This document shows positions 1-11,549 of a stretch of 64,000 bases of DNA, one piece after another (position 1 is the stretch's first letter; every line of letters starts with the position of its first letter). Both the position numbers and the translations under genes were made by a program. The stretch lies in the sequence record MK250027.1. One strand, written 5' to 3'. Below the pieces are notes generated by a model. It had not been told where the DNA came from. It ran no database searches and worked only from the letters and a program-made list of their open reading frames with translations.

Positions 1-1
1 T

Positions 2-1987
2 TTTACAATTCAAAGTGGAACTGCAAAAACAATAATATATGCATCTGGTAGAACTGATACTCAAAATAATCTCGGTTCTGATACATATACAAATAAAAAT
101 TAGATTACGTTCTATTATTATGTAGAAGATAGCAATGAATGGGTACAAGTAACTGGCGATTATATAAATATTAATTCAAATCCATCTGGAAATAATATAA
201 GTAAACAATATGAAATAACTTTTAATTTATCACAAAATTATCATCAATATTGGCGATTTACATTAAATAATATAAATTAGTATTATTATTTTAGATGTAA
301 TTATTATGATAAACCAAAAGATAACACATCATTTATAAATATGACTATACATCATCTTTTTGTATCTGATGAGTCTTTAATATAGGGAATGATAGAATAT
401 CAATTAGGTATGAGAAACCAACAGGATAAATCTACAAATCAAATATCATTAAAATATGCAGTATATAATACAATTACTGATATTAGAAATGATAATGAAA
501 AACCTAATGATAAGTCATCATTATCAATTATAGAACATGCAATTAATAACGCTGAACAATAGAATGTTATTATATGTATTGATAAAATAATATACATAGA
601 ACCTATTGCTTTTAAATCAACAGAACGATATGTATCAGAAAAATTTTATGGAAATATATATAGTCCGTTCCATGTAGCATATGAAACAAAATCATTTGAT
701 GGTATCTCAGCGTTTAATATACAAAAACAAATATATGGATATAATTTTAATTCATGTGCATTATTTGATAAAACTTCAGACTCGCGTGTAAAAATAGAAA
801 AACTATATAAAAAAGAAAGTGTAAATGTATATTTAGCATTTGAACCTATTTATATAATTAATAATGGTAATACATTTAAAGACAATAATGCAAAAGATGA
901 AGATATTATAAATGAGTATTCTACTTATTTTAATACATGTTCAATAACAAATATAAAATTAAGCAATAATGGTACAGAACAAACTATTAACAAGAATTCT
1001 GGTAATTCAAACAATAATTTTATTAAAAGTATATTTTCTAAATCTGTATATATTGACGCAACATCAATATGTATAAGTGTTACAAGTAATAAAACAGAAC
1101 CAATTTCTTCACTTATATATGATACAACCGATGGTTTAATAAACACCTATTTGTTCGATTTTGATATAAAATATTACAAATATAAAAATAATACAGAGAA
1201 ATTTGAAGAAACAAATAGTGTAAATGTAACAAATAAAATATAGTTAATGTAGCTAAATAATACATTAAGAAATATATAGTTGAATGGTGATGAGTAGTAT
1301 TTAATAAATATTGTTCTTAAAAAATTCAAGGAAAGATTAAAACATTTTACTATAACTGTTGTATCTAATATGGATGGATTAGAAGGTGTATGTAAAATAA
1401 AAATTAACGATCTTCCACAAGATTATGAAGAAGACACATTAAAGAAGTTTGTTGATGACGCTGTTTATTATACAAATACATTACAAGTTCCAAAAGGAAC
1501 TAAAATAGAAATAGAAATTATGTATGATTGGGATAATTAGGATGTATTTACATATAATGGATTATCAATAAATAATAGTGAACAGCATGATAAAACAGAA
1601 AATAATATTATATATACAGTAACTGATACTACAATAATACGATTAAATATAAGTTATAAGAATAATCAATCAGGTGGTACAGGAAATCAAATAAATTTAA
1701 ACAATTATGCAATTTAGATAAATTTTTAGAAAAATGGAGATAATGTTAAACCTGTATTATCAATATCGCCTGCTAATTCAACTATAGATATATATTATGC
1801 TACATATACAGATAAAAATAATCCAATAACATCATTAAACGGTGAAAATTCAATACGTTATAATGCAAACTAGGGAATACGTGAATATTCTTCTAATATA
1901 GGTATTTCTGCTACATTATATTATAATGGTCATTTTAAAAGTGGTGATAGCAATGCAACATATCGTTTTTATGAGTTTTCTGAGTAA
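2..1987 (+). CDS. 5'-partial large hypothetical protein, N/T/Y-rich, probably virion structural (TAG=Gln)
   Basis: Frame 2 reads FTIQSGTAKTIIYASG... and is interrupted only by TAG where checked; ends TAA 1985-1987, followed by a hairpin terminator. Confidence 0.7.
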
Positions 1988-2000
1988 AATTAAATATATA

Positions 2001-2035
2001 AAAAATCCAAACAACTAGAAATTGTTTGGATTTTT
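2001..2035. terminator. Bidirectional intrinsic terminator
   Basis: AAAAATCCAAACAA / TTGTTTGGATTTTT inverted repeat between convergent genes. Confidence 0.8.
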
Positions 2036-2093
2036 ATATTATAAAAATAATTTATAAAGTTAACAGTGGAATATTTCTTATATTTAAAAACAT

Positions 2094-2570
2094 TTAATCA
2101 ATGCCTAATTTAATACGATTTGAAATGAGATTCCATACCGTATTGGTAATAAAGTTTTCCTTTAGTTTCTTACCAACTGCAGGTTCAATATCTGACTTAA
2201 ATGTTTCTACTACATATTTACCATTACCAGTTCTGAAAGCCTCGGTAATAGCTACAAGATTTTTCTTAGTTTGTTTCTCTATATAAAGACGAATATCTTC
2301 CTTAGTAGAGTTAGCACTAAGAGTAATCATATTTTCATTTAAAAGTTTGATGCCTGCCTTGTTAATACCTGTTTTAGGTGACCAGTATTCGAATACTTTC
2401 TTGGCCATTTCTTTTTTCTGATCAGCAGGAAGATCTGACATATTTCCAGTAATCATATATGTCTCCTTAAGTACGTTAATAACGGCTACTTTTTGAGATT
2501 CATATAATTTCTCACGAGCCTCAAGTACCTATTTTTTACTATTATTATATACTGTACTAAAACTTTTCAT
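2094..2570 (-). CDS. Hypothetical protein, 158 aa (TAG=Gln)
   Basis: Track ORF 2094..2456 extends through one TAG to ATG 2570 (MKSFSTVYNNSKKQVLEAREKLYES). Confidence 0.8.
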
Positions 2571-2603
2571 TTGCTTGATTTAAATGTTTTTATAATTATT
2601 ATT

Positions 2604-2614
2604 TTATTTATCTA
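2604..2614 (-). promoter_or_regulatory. TAGATAAATAA motif, putative phage (late-type) promoter
   Basis: Exact 11-mer about 35 nt upstream of ATG 2570; recurs at 8566, 8582, 15715 and 23869, each correctly oriented upstream of a start codon. Confidence 0.55.
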
Positions 2615-2629
2615 ACTTTTTGTAAAAAA

Positions 2630-3082
2630 TTATTTTCTGATATTCAGAACGAGCTTTGTATTTTTCGGTATTCGATTTAAAGCCCTTATTACTATTTTAT
2701 TATTATCACCATCCCACATATAATCACAATTAGGATCAGGATTTGATTTACTTATAACATCATAATATTGACAATAACCGAATGGAATAACATATTTCTC
2801 ATTAGGAATAACTTCAAATACAATATCTCTCATATCTTTAGTATAAAGAGATAATTTATCTATAGATTTTGTAGGACATATTTCTATAATATCTCCTGGA
2901 TAAAACTATGAGTTAGAATAAACAGATTTACCGTCAGAACAAATTTTACATTGATTTAAATTTGTCGGTATCATTGTTACTTTCTTTATGTTAATTTTAT
3001 CACGTGGTTCCTAACCATAAAATAATCCATACCATGATTTCTCATTTACAGATTTAAACTTTTTATTTGTTCTTTGTTTCAT
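2630..3082 (-). CDS. SET-domain-like protein with degenerate catalytic motifs, 150 aa (TAG=Gln)
   Basis: GKSVYSNSQFYPGDIIEICP...IPFGYCQYYD...DPNCDY...IVIRALNRIPKNTKL matches the small viral/bacterial SET layout; two TAGs read through. Confidence 0.6.
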
Positions 3083-3089
3083 AATTAAA

Positions 3090-3110
3090 NNNNNNNNNNN
3101 NNNNNNNNNN
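3090..3110. other. Assembly gap (21 N)
   Basis: Run of N. Confidence 1.
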
Positions 3111-3126
3111 TAATGTATTTTAAAAA

Positions 3127-4785
3127 TTAATTACGTTCTACAGCTTGTACGGCATTACTAGCTTTTTCTATTTCTGCTGGCATTCCTAAATTATTTTCAG
3201 ACGGTTTATCATTACCTTTAGTTTCGTCTTTATCGTTCTATATTTCTCCGTTATTATTTTTATATAATGAATCTGCTAAATCTTTTAATGTTGCGTCTGT
3301 ACCCATTTTCTTTTCTATATACTTATGTGCTTTATCTATTAAATTTTCTGTATTATTCTATTCATCTTCAAATAAGTATATATCATTATTTCTAAAATAT
3401 AAAACAGATTCTATTTTTATTTTACTTATAAAATACATTAAACTATAAAACATTGATAACCCATCATAAGGTTTATCATTTGAAATATAATCTAATATAG
3501 TTTTATATATATCAAATATATTTAACGAACCATCTATTACTTTAAACTATTTAAAAAATGATAAAATTTCTTTATTATCATTACTTAATAACAATTTAAA
3601 TGATTTAAAGAAACTATTATCTTTATTAATTATTTGAATTTTTAAACTATTTAAATTTATATTGAATAGATCTTGTAATTCATTAATAATATGTTCACCT
3701 ATACTTAGATTATCTTTCTCTCCATTTGTTGTATCATGACCATCTAACGTTTTTATATTTGTATAAAATAATTTAAATATTTCTTTACATAATATAGTTG
3801 TTGTCTACAATTTATTTGTTTTTTCATCTTTACCTATAACAACAGTTACTTTTGATGTATTTAATGTTTCCTTAATTTCATTTATACTATCTTCCAAATT
3901 TTCAGATTTTTCATTTAATGATAATAACGTATCTGATAATAATGTATTCCATTTTGTAAACTATTCATTAGTTATTACATCTAAATTCTATATATTTTCT
4001 AAGAATTTACTTACTGTTAATTTATCGGTTTTAAATACATCTTTATCCACATCAATCTGTTTTTTAAGGAATACATCTTTAATACCTTCTTTTATATCTA
4101 TATTTGAAATATTCTATTTGAAATAATCTATATATTCTTGTTCATCATCTTTTTTTAATAATTCTAATAATGTTGAATATATATCTTTATAACGCTATGT
4201 ATTTATATTATCCTATACATCTTTATTACCTAATGTATTATATATATTAATTGGAACTTCAAACTATGAAAATTTATCATCAATTAATTTATTATAATAT
4301 GAACTGAAATTATTAGAAAAAATAAATTGTAATATACTTATTAACGTTTTTTGAGAAATCATATTATTAAATGTATCAATAAACTATTTCATTTCATCAT
4401 CAGTTATTGGTTCAATATTATATAATTTATCTTTATCGATTTCTGTAGTTTCATTCTATATAATATATTTTATTATAGTTTTATATGATATATTTGAAAT
4501 ATCATTTTGACTTAACTATATATTATTTTTAAATATATCATTTTCTATAATTTGTGAAATTTTTTCATTTATTAAATTATTTGGTTCTAAGTAAATATTT
4601 AATGGCGTTATTCCACATTTTCTTAAAAACTAATTTAATTTAATTGCCTTATTTTTTATATCTGCATTTGTATTGTTATCATCATTTAATTCATTTATAA
4701 TATTACTAAATTCATTGAATAAATCAGTTGATAACATATTATGATACACCACATTATATATTATATTATCTATTTGCTATAACAT
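3127..4785 (-). CDS. Hypothetical protein, 552 aa (TAG=Gln)
   Basis: ATG 4785 (MLQQIDNIIYNVVYH) to TAA 3127; length divisible by 3; absent from the track because of frequent TAGs. Confidence 0.7.
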
Positions 4786-4798
4786 AACTTATATTCAT

Positions 4799-7435
4799 TT
4801 AATTTTGATTATTTTTTGAGTTATTCAATATATTTAATAACTACGCATATGTATATAATGTTTCTTGTTCTTCTTGTTGTTTTTTTAATTCATCTGAAGA
4901 TTCTTTTGTAATAGGATATTTATCAGTATATAGTTTTATAAGGTAGAATATCTGTTTATAATAAAGCATTACAGCTAACAAATTTGGATATTGGACTGTC
5001 AAAAATTCCTATATAGACTTATACATACAACTATTACCATTATCTCCTGTAATTGAACGAATACGTGATTCAATTCTATCATCTAAATCATCTGCATATC
5101 GTGTCCATATATTTTGAAGACTTGCTGCACGAACAGGATGTTTAGACAGTGCAGCTTTAAACTTATCACCTAATGTTGACGATGCAGACTATGATGTTCT
5201 GCATATTAATCCTATTTTTTCAGTAATTTCTTTATCTGCAGCTTCTTTTAATTTTTTCATTCGTTCACGAGCATTTTTAATTATATACCATTCTTCTGGA
5301 TTACCATAACTTGTAATAATTCCTGTAATTTCTCTTGTTAAATTGTCTTTAACAAACTTGTATGTTTGCTCATTTCCGTCTTCTAACTATTTAATAATTT
5401 CATCACTATTTTTAATTTGTTCATTTTCAAATAGAGAATTATATGCGTAACTATACTTATCATTATAAGTAAATACTGATACAGATTCATCCTTTAAGTT
5501 TAAAGAATATGCTACTTTCTGTAGCTCGTCATACTTACTATATGGTGTATATTTTGCAATTATAAGATCTAAATCTTTGTTACGTGAATCTGTATCTTGT
5601 ATTTTAGAAGTTACACGGTCTTTAAATTCTTTTAATTTTTTCTTATCTGTTATACCTAATTTCTATATAAACTTATCAGATGATGTCCATGATAGAATTT
5701 TGCTTGATCTTCTTGCAGTTTCACTAAATTCTCGCCAACCATTTAAATCCTTTTGATATTCATTATCCATAATTTGTTTTAATACTGCATCTTCTTTCTT
5801 CATATACTTATCCATGTTACCTTCTGATGCATTATTCATATCAGATACTTTCTAAGCGAAATTACTCATCTCTTTAGTACCATTATTACCACAAATTGAT
5901 TTCATTAATGTTGTTACAATAGATATACTACTACGAACATAATTATCTATTGCATCAATCAAATTACCATTAAATGCAGACACTTCATTCTCTACACGTT
6001 TCTTTGTTTCCTAATCTAACTCACTTCCTAATACAGAAGTTGGATCTAAATCACCTGTTAATGGTCCACTTAATGAAACACCTTTTGTTTTATCTAATCC
6101 TTCTTCATTCTCAACTTCAAATAATGATAATACTTTATTTAAAGATAACATATATGACTCATTCTTTAATGTTTCATATTTTACAATATCATCTAATTTC
6201 ACATGTTCTTTATTAAAGTATTTAAGACCTATATCAGATGCTTTATCCTATATAATCTCCTTAGTTGGCTTCATAAATAATGAACCATTTGGGTTTTCAT
6301 TTGCTTTAGTAGGATAATCAATATTAGACATTAACATTGCATAATTTGTTGGTAATGATGGTAACATTAATAAAGATTTATTAAAACGTTTTTCATTTAC
6401 CTTAATTGGTAATAGTTTTTTTGTACCTTCATTTATATAAGCATCTTCTCCTTCTGTAGAAACACCATTTACAATATCAAAAAATTGACCTAAACCTGAA
6501 TCATCTGATGGTTCATCACCAGAAGTTATACTATTAAAATTAGTTAATGATGGTGACAAGAAACCTAATCTGTGAATACATTGTGTATATAAACATGCCA
6601 TATTTCTTTCTGCAGTTTCCTGAATAGTTCTAAAACATGCTTTATTATAATCACCAGTATTTTGTTTATTCTTTCTACCAGGCAATAAGAATGAATACCA
6701 AGGACGTTTTTTATTTACACCTGAATCTGTTAACTCTACAAGTTTATTCATATATTGCTTAAGTTTCATCATCGCTAACCTGTCTTTTCCTTTCATAAAC
6801 AACCATGCAATAATACCTAATAAACCTGTTAACAAACCAGCACATAATTTCAAAATCCAAGAACAATCCATCCACCAATCAGCAGCATGACCTTCAGCTT
6901 CATTTAATGTATGAAGATCTGGATCATTCATAATATATTCAAAAATATTCTTTTTGATATTATTATATTCATCTAAACCAACTTCAGCAATAAGTTCCTT
7001 ATCAAATAATTCATCAAACTATGATTCGAATAACATCTCATCCATCATTTGTTTTATTTGACGCTTCTCTTCTTCACTATATTCATTAGAAAGTTTTATA
7101 TCCTGAATATCTTCATATGTTATTTCATCATCAGAATTATCAATAACATCTTCAGATTCTTTAAGATTAAACGGCATTGTACCATAATATGCATCGCAGT
7201 TACTGCATACATATATGGGTTCTCCTTGTATTTTTAAAACGACTTTACCTCCGCATTTTGGACATATATTTGGAACAATATTACCTTCATCATTATATAT
7301 ACGTTTCTTTTTCTTAGATTCTTGAAGCTGTTTCATTTCAGGACATAAACCGGAATGTTCGTATTCATATATTTTTCTATCTTCAGGACTAAGTAGACTT
7401 AAACGTTCTTTAGATAATTTTCTTGGAAATTTCAT
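4799..7435 (-). CDS. 878-aa protein with N-terminal zinc ribbon and one internal hydrophobic segment (TAG=Gln)
   Basis: Track ORFs 7019..7435, 6248..6931 and 6011..6202 share one frame joined by TAG; CPKCGG...CSNC; WILKLCAGLLTGLLGIIAWLF; ends TAA 4799. Confidence 0.8.
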
Positions 7436-7502
7436 TTAATTAAAAACTTTGTTTTCATATTTATTATTGAAAATAAATTATCTCGTTTTTTACAAATAAA
7501 AA

Positions 7503-7540
7503 ATAAGGAATTAGAATTTGTCAATATTCTAATTCCTTAT
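7503..7540 (-). terminator. Intrinsic terminator
   Basis: ATAAGGAATTAGAAT / ATTCTAATTCCTTAT 15-bp inverted repeat just downstream of the 7549 stop. Confidence 0.8.
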
Positions 7541-7548
7541 TATATTTT

Positions 7549-7839
7549 TTAATTCTCACAAATCATTCTATCAATCTTTCTGAAAATTGCATTTACTTCA
7601 TCATATGAAATATCACCATCATTCATCTAATCAACCATCTAACGAATCTCTGTTAACATCATATGAATATTATTAAGAACTTCATCTTTCAAATGTTCGT
7701 CACCTGCTTCATCAAGGCATGCATTGATATTATATGCATAATCTTCATAACTTTGATCTTCATTCAAACGTCTTTTAATAGTCTTTGATACACTTCTCAT
7801 GATATTCTCATAAAGTGCTTTCTTTTGTATTTTATTTAT
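7549..7839 (-). CDS. 96-aa protein with probable ATA start; N-terminus paralogous to the 8540 gene
   Basis: (ATA)NKIQKKALYENIMRSVSKTIKRRLNE aligns with MNKNQKRKLYESIMLSTSKVIKKKLNE; an in-frame TAA lies immediately upstream of the ATA; two internal TAGs. Confidence 0.6.
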
Positions 7840-7871
7840 TTATTATATATTATATTTTTTTTATTCATAAA

Positions 7872-8540
7872 TTAGTGATATATATCATTCATTGCGCTAT
7901 CAATAAGATTCTCTGCTTCAAAATGATCTCCAAATCCACCATAAATAATGTAACAAAATATTCCACTAATTTTATCGTCATCGAAGCTTTTATCCTCATA
8001 ATATTCAAGTAGTTTTTGAGTTTCTTCATTACTAATTCCAAATATATCAGACTAATTTTCAAAATATGGTATAATTTCTGCTAATATATATTTTAAAAAT
8101 TTAATAATACGATTCGTATTACGTTCACCCATAATACCTATTAGATAATCATCATCAGGATCACCTTCAAAATTACTAAGTGACAAATGTTTTTTAATAT
8201 ACTTATATATATACATTGTATCTTTTTTATTTAAGTGACCAGTTATCTCACCGTTTAATCTCTTAATCAAAATAGTTTTAAGACATTCCTAAACTGAATC
8301 ATACTGATTAGCTGTCGTAATAGAAGACATATCCCATGTTCTACTTAATGAACCTAATGCTTTTTTAATTTCTACTGATGATACATCATTTGATTCTGCA
8401 TAATCAATAATCATTCTTTTAAGGGCAGTTAATACATCTTTATTTGAACGTGTAGCCATTTCATTAAGTTTTTTCTTAATTACCTTTGAAGTAGAAAGCA
8501 TAATACTTTCATACAATTTTCTTTTCTGATTTTTATTCAT
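7872..8540 (-). CDS. Hypothetical protein, 222 aa (TAG=Gln)
   Basis: Track ORFs 8289..8540 and 8052..8270 are in one frame joined by TAG and continue to TAA 7872. Confidence 0.8.
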
Positions 8541-8565
8541 TTTTTATAGTTTTTTTTCTTATATG

Positions 8566-8592
8566 TTATTTATCTAACAAATTATTTATCTA
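8566..8592 (-). promoter_or_regulatory. Tandem TAGATAAATAA motifs
   Basis: Exact copies at 8566-8576 and 8582-8592 upstream of ATG 8540. Confidence 0.55.
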
Positions 8593-8655
8593 CAAAAAAC
8601 AAATAACATATTTTTTTATATAATTATGTGTATATAATAATATAACTATATTTTT

Positions 8656-9555
8656 ATGAATGCAAAACCAATTATTAAATGGGTAGGTGGAAAAACCCAA
8701 TTATTAAATACAATAAATGATAATCTTCCACAAAACATATCACATTTTAACACATATATGGAACCATTCATTGGTGGTGCTGCAGTATTATTTTATATTG
8801 TTCCAAAATTGCCTAATATAAAAAATGTGTTTATAAATGACTTAAATTATAAATTGACAAATTTATATACAGTTGTGAAAAATAAACATTTGAAATTAAT
8901 TAATCAATTAAAAACAATACAGGAAGAATATAGAAAATCAGAAGATCCGAAAATGTTTTATTATAATACACGTGATTCATTCAATATATATGATATGAAT
9001 ACAGAGCAGGATGCAGATGTATTACATGCAGCTGAATTTATATTTTTAAATAAGACTTGTTTTAACGGATTATACAGGGAGAATTCGAAAGGTGAATTTA
9101 ATGTACCATGGAATAAGAATGTAAATGTTTGTATATGTGATGAAGAAAATATTAAAGCTGTACATAATTTTTTCATTAAATACAATGTTCAAATATCTAC
9201 CGGTACATATGATGAGTTTTTCAAAGGTAAAGGAATGTATATGAAAAATGCATTTGTTTATATGGATCCGCCTTATAGACCTATTACTAAATCATCTGCA
9301 TTTACGTCATATACAAAATCAGGATTTAATGATGAGAGTCAAAAGAATTTAAAAGTATGGTTTGATGTATTGAATAGTGAATGTGCATATTGTATGTTAA
9401 GCAATTCAGATCCTAAAAATTCTGATGTGGATGATACATTTTTTGATGACTTATATTCAGATTATAACATAATTAGAATAAATGCTAAGAGATCTATCAA
9501 TTCAAAAGGAAACGGACGAGGTAATATAACAGAAATATTGGTAAAGAATTATTAA
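8656..9555 (+). CDS. dam: DNA adenine methyltransferase (Dam/D12 class)
   Basis: KWVGGK, EPFIGG and DPPY motifs; no TAG in frame. Confidence 0.93.
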   Translation: MNAKPIIKWVGGKTQLLNTINDNLPQNISHFNTYMEPFIGGAAVLFYIVPKLPNIKNVFINDLNYKLTNLYTVVKNKHLKLINQLKTIQEEYRKSEDPKMFYYNTRDSFNIYDMNTEQDADVLHAAEFIFLNKTCFNGLYRENSKGEFNVPWNKNVNVCICDEENIKAVHNFFIKYNVQISTGTYDEFFKGKGMYMKNAFVYMDPPYRPITKSSAFTSYTKSGFNDESQKNLKVWFDVLNSECAYCMLSNSDPKNSDVDDTFFDDLYSDYNIIRINAKRSINSKGNGRGNITEILVKNY

Positions 9556-9586
9556 TAAAATAAATACTTAAACATATATCTGATAT

Positions 9587-10579
9587 ATGAAATTTATACA
9601 TAACCTACATGAATAGAATAATATATTATCATATAACGAAATATTAAATACTATTAATAATATTAATGAAGAATATCATGAAGTAACAAATTTTGATAAT
9701 ATGATAAAAGATGTTGCTAAACAAATATATTATTCTAATTATACTGATTTTTATACAGGTTGGAATTGGTTTATTAATGAACAAACATGTTTAAAAGTTA
9801 ATACAGAATATAAATCTGATAATACTGTTTATAAAGATAATATAGGTTGTCCTATATATATTAAATTTGATGATTTAGAAAACAATACGTATTTTGCTGT
9901 ATAGATGAGAGATAATACATATAACATACCTATATATGTTAACAAACATTATAACTTATCTATATAGCAATATGCATATAAATTAAAACATGAAATTACA
10001 CATATACGTACAATGTATTCTAAAATAGATTCAAATCCTTTAGATTCATTAAAGAATAGATCATCAAGTATTGAATTGGATAATATAAAATTAATAAATA
10101 ATAAACAATTTCCATTTATATATAATGTTTGTTATTTATTATCACCAACTGAATAGCAAGCACGTATAAATGAATATATATTTTTTATAAAAGATTATTT
10201 AAAAGAAAATGATATAGATAATGTAAACAGTCATAAATTAATAAATGAATTAATTGAAAAAGGATATGAACATACATTATTAAAAGATTTCTTTGATATA
10301 TATGAAAAATTAGAATTTATGGTAAATGCTTAGATTTATATATAGGTAATATCATTAGGATATGTGTTATAGAAATATAATTTATTTAAATCTAATATAA
10401 CAGATGCAGATTTACTGAGATTAGAATCTGATAGAACAGGAATGATATATAAGTATATTAAATCAGATGAAGATAATTCATATAAAATATTAGAGTTTTT
10501 AAAATAGAATTTATCTGATTACTATACAAAATTAAAAAACGTAACATACAAAACATTAAAAGAAAATAACATAATTTAA
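9587..10579 (+). CDS. HExxH metallopeptidase-like protein, paralog 1, 330 aa (TAG=Gln)
   Basis: ATG 9587 to TAA 10577-10579 through several TAGs; LKHEITH...SPTEQQAR. Confidence 0.7.
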
Positions 10580-10585
10580 TTATAT

Positions 10586-11059
10586 ATGAAGACTAATTTA
10601 AATGGTGGTTGTTTATTGCCAAATGAAGAAATTATTGTAAAGGATGGACTTGTATTGATGTCTGAAATTAAAGTAGGTGATAAAGTTTTATCACATGATG
10701 GTGATTACCATGAAGTAGAACATATATGGAATTTTGAGAAACCTACATACTATGTATCACTTTCAAACGGTGATCATATCGAATGTTCAAATACACATAG
10801 ATTCTTGGTAAATAAGAATAAGATTGAGAAGGAATCATCATGGAAAACTGCAGAAGAACTTCATGATGGAGATGAGATTTTCCAAATGAATCTCATTAAT
10901 ATTGATCCAAATGAGAAGATTAAATTTAATAAGTTGAAGATTGCCCGAATTTTCAAATCAGGAATTAATAATCCTGTGGTTGACATTACAGTAAAAGATA
11001 CACATACATATATCTCTGCGAACGGTATTGTCAATCATAATTCAGGATCTAATTTCTAA
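10586..11059 (+). CDS. Free-standing mini-intein (Hint domain) with minimal exteins
   Basis: MKTNLNGG|CLLPNEEI (block A), CSNTHRFL (block B, TxxH), VVDITVKDTHTYISANGIVNHN|SGSNF (blocks F/G with His-Asn-Ser); no endonuclease domain. Confidence 0.9.
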   Translation: MKTNLNGGCLLPNEEIIVKDGLVLMSEIKVGDKVLSHDGDYHEVEHIWNFEKPTYYVSLSNGDHIECSNTHRFLVNKNKIEKESSWKTAEELHDGDEIFQMNLINIDPNEKIKFNKLKIARIFKSGINNPVVDITVKDTHTYISANGIVNHNSGSNF

Positions 11060-11463
11060 TGGATTATAAAAATACATATTTAAAACCAGAAATTGCTTTT
11101 CTTCTCAAAAAACATCATTATGATATTTCAAAAACTAGATATATGATTAACAGGGATGGTGTGATAATTGAGTCTACCCCTGATTTAGATAAACATTATA
11201 ATCATCTTGAACTTGCATATAATCCTAACGCAAATGAAGTAATTAATTATTTTAAATCAAAAGGAATAATTATTCATATAAATGAAATAAAAGAAAATAA
11301 ATGGGAATGGATTATAACATTCAATAATAATGATAAAGCAATATATTCTGGTGAAACAGCAAATGGAAATTTAGGGCATAATCTTCCGGAATCACGACAA
11401 TATTTCAATAATGAAATAGATGCATATAACGATTGCATAATTGAATTAATAATTATAATTTAA
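11059..11463 (+). CDS. Hypothetical phage protein, probable paralog of 13026..13421
   Basis: TAATG coupling to the intein gene; YLKPEIAFLLKK resembles LVTNEIFEWLLN, and the C-termini are similar. Confidence 0.7.
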   Translation: MDYKNTYLKPEIAFLLKKHHYDISKTRYMINRDGVIIESTPDLDKHYNHLELAYNPNANEVINYFKSKGIIIHINEIKENKWEWIITFNNNDKAIYSGETANGNLGHNLPESRQYFNNEIDAYNDCIIELIIII

Positions 11464-11471
11464 AACAATAT

Positions 11472-11504
11472 GAGACTATAGAAATAAACTATAGTCTCTT
11501 TTTT
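11472..11504 (+). terminator. Intrinsic terminator
   Basis: GAGACTATAG-loop-CTATAGTCTC followed by a T run. Confidence 0.85.
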
Positions 11505-11510
11505 ATTTAA

Positions 11511-11530
11511 AATAAAAATATGTATCTTTG
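11511..11530 (+). promoter_or_regulatory. Bacteroidota-type -7 promoter element (TAnnTTTG), early-type
   Basis: AATAAAAATATGTATCTTTG upstream of the cca gene; nearly identical motifs at 30013 and 35876. Confidence 0.65.
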
Positions 11531-11549
11531 AAAAATAAAAAGAATAATT

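Noticed and set aside
10586-11059. Intein embedded in a longer host gene through TAG readthrough
   Set aside because: Both flanking in-frame stops are TAA, not TAG; only ochre readthrough could fuse it, which is listed separately as speculative
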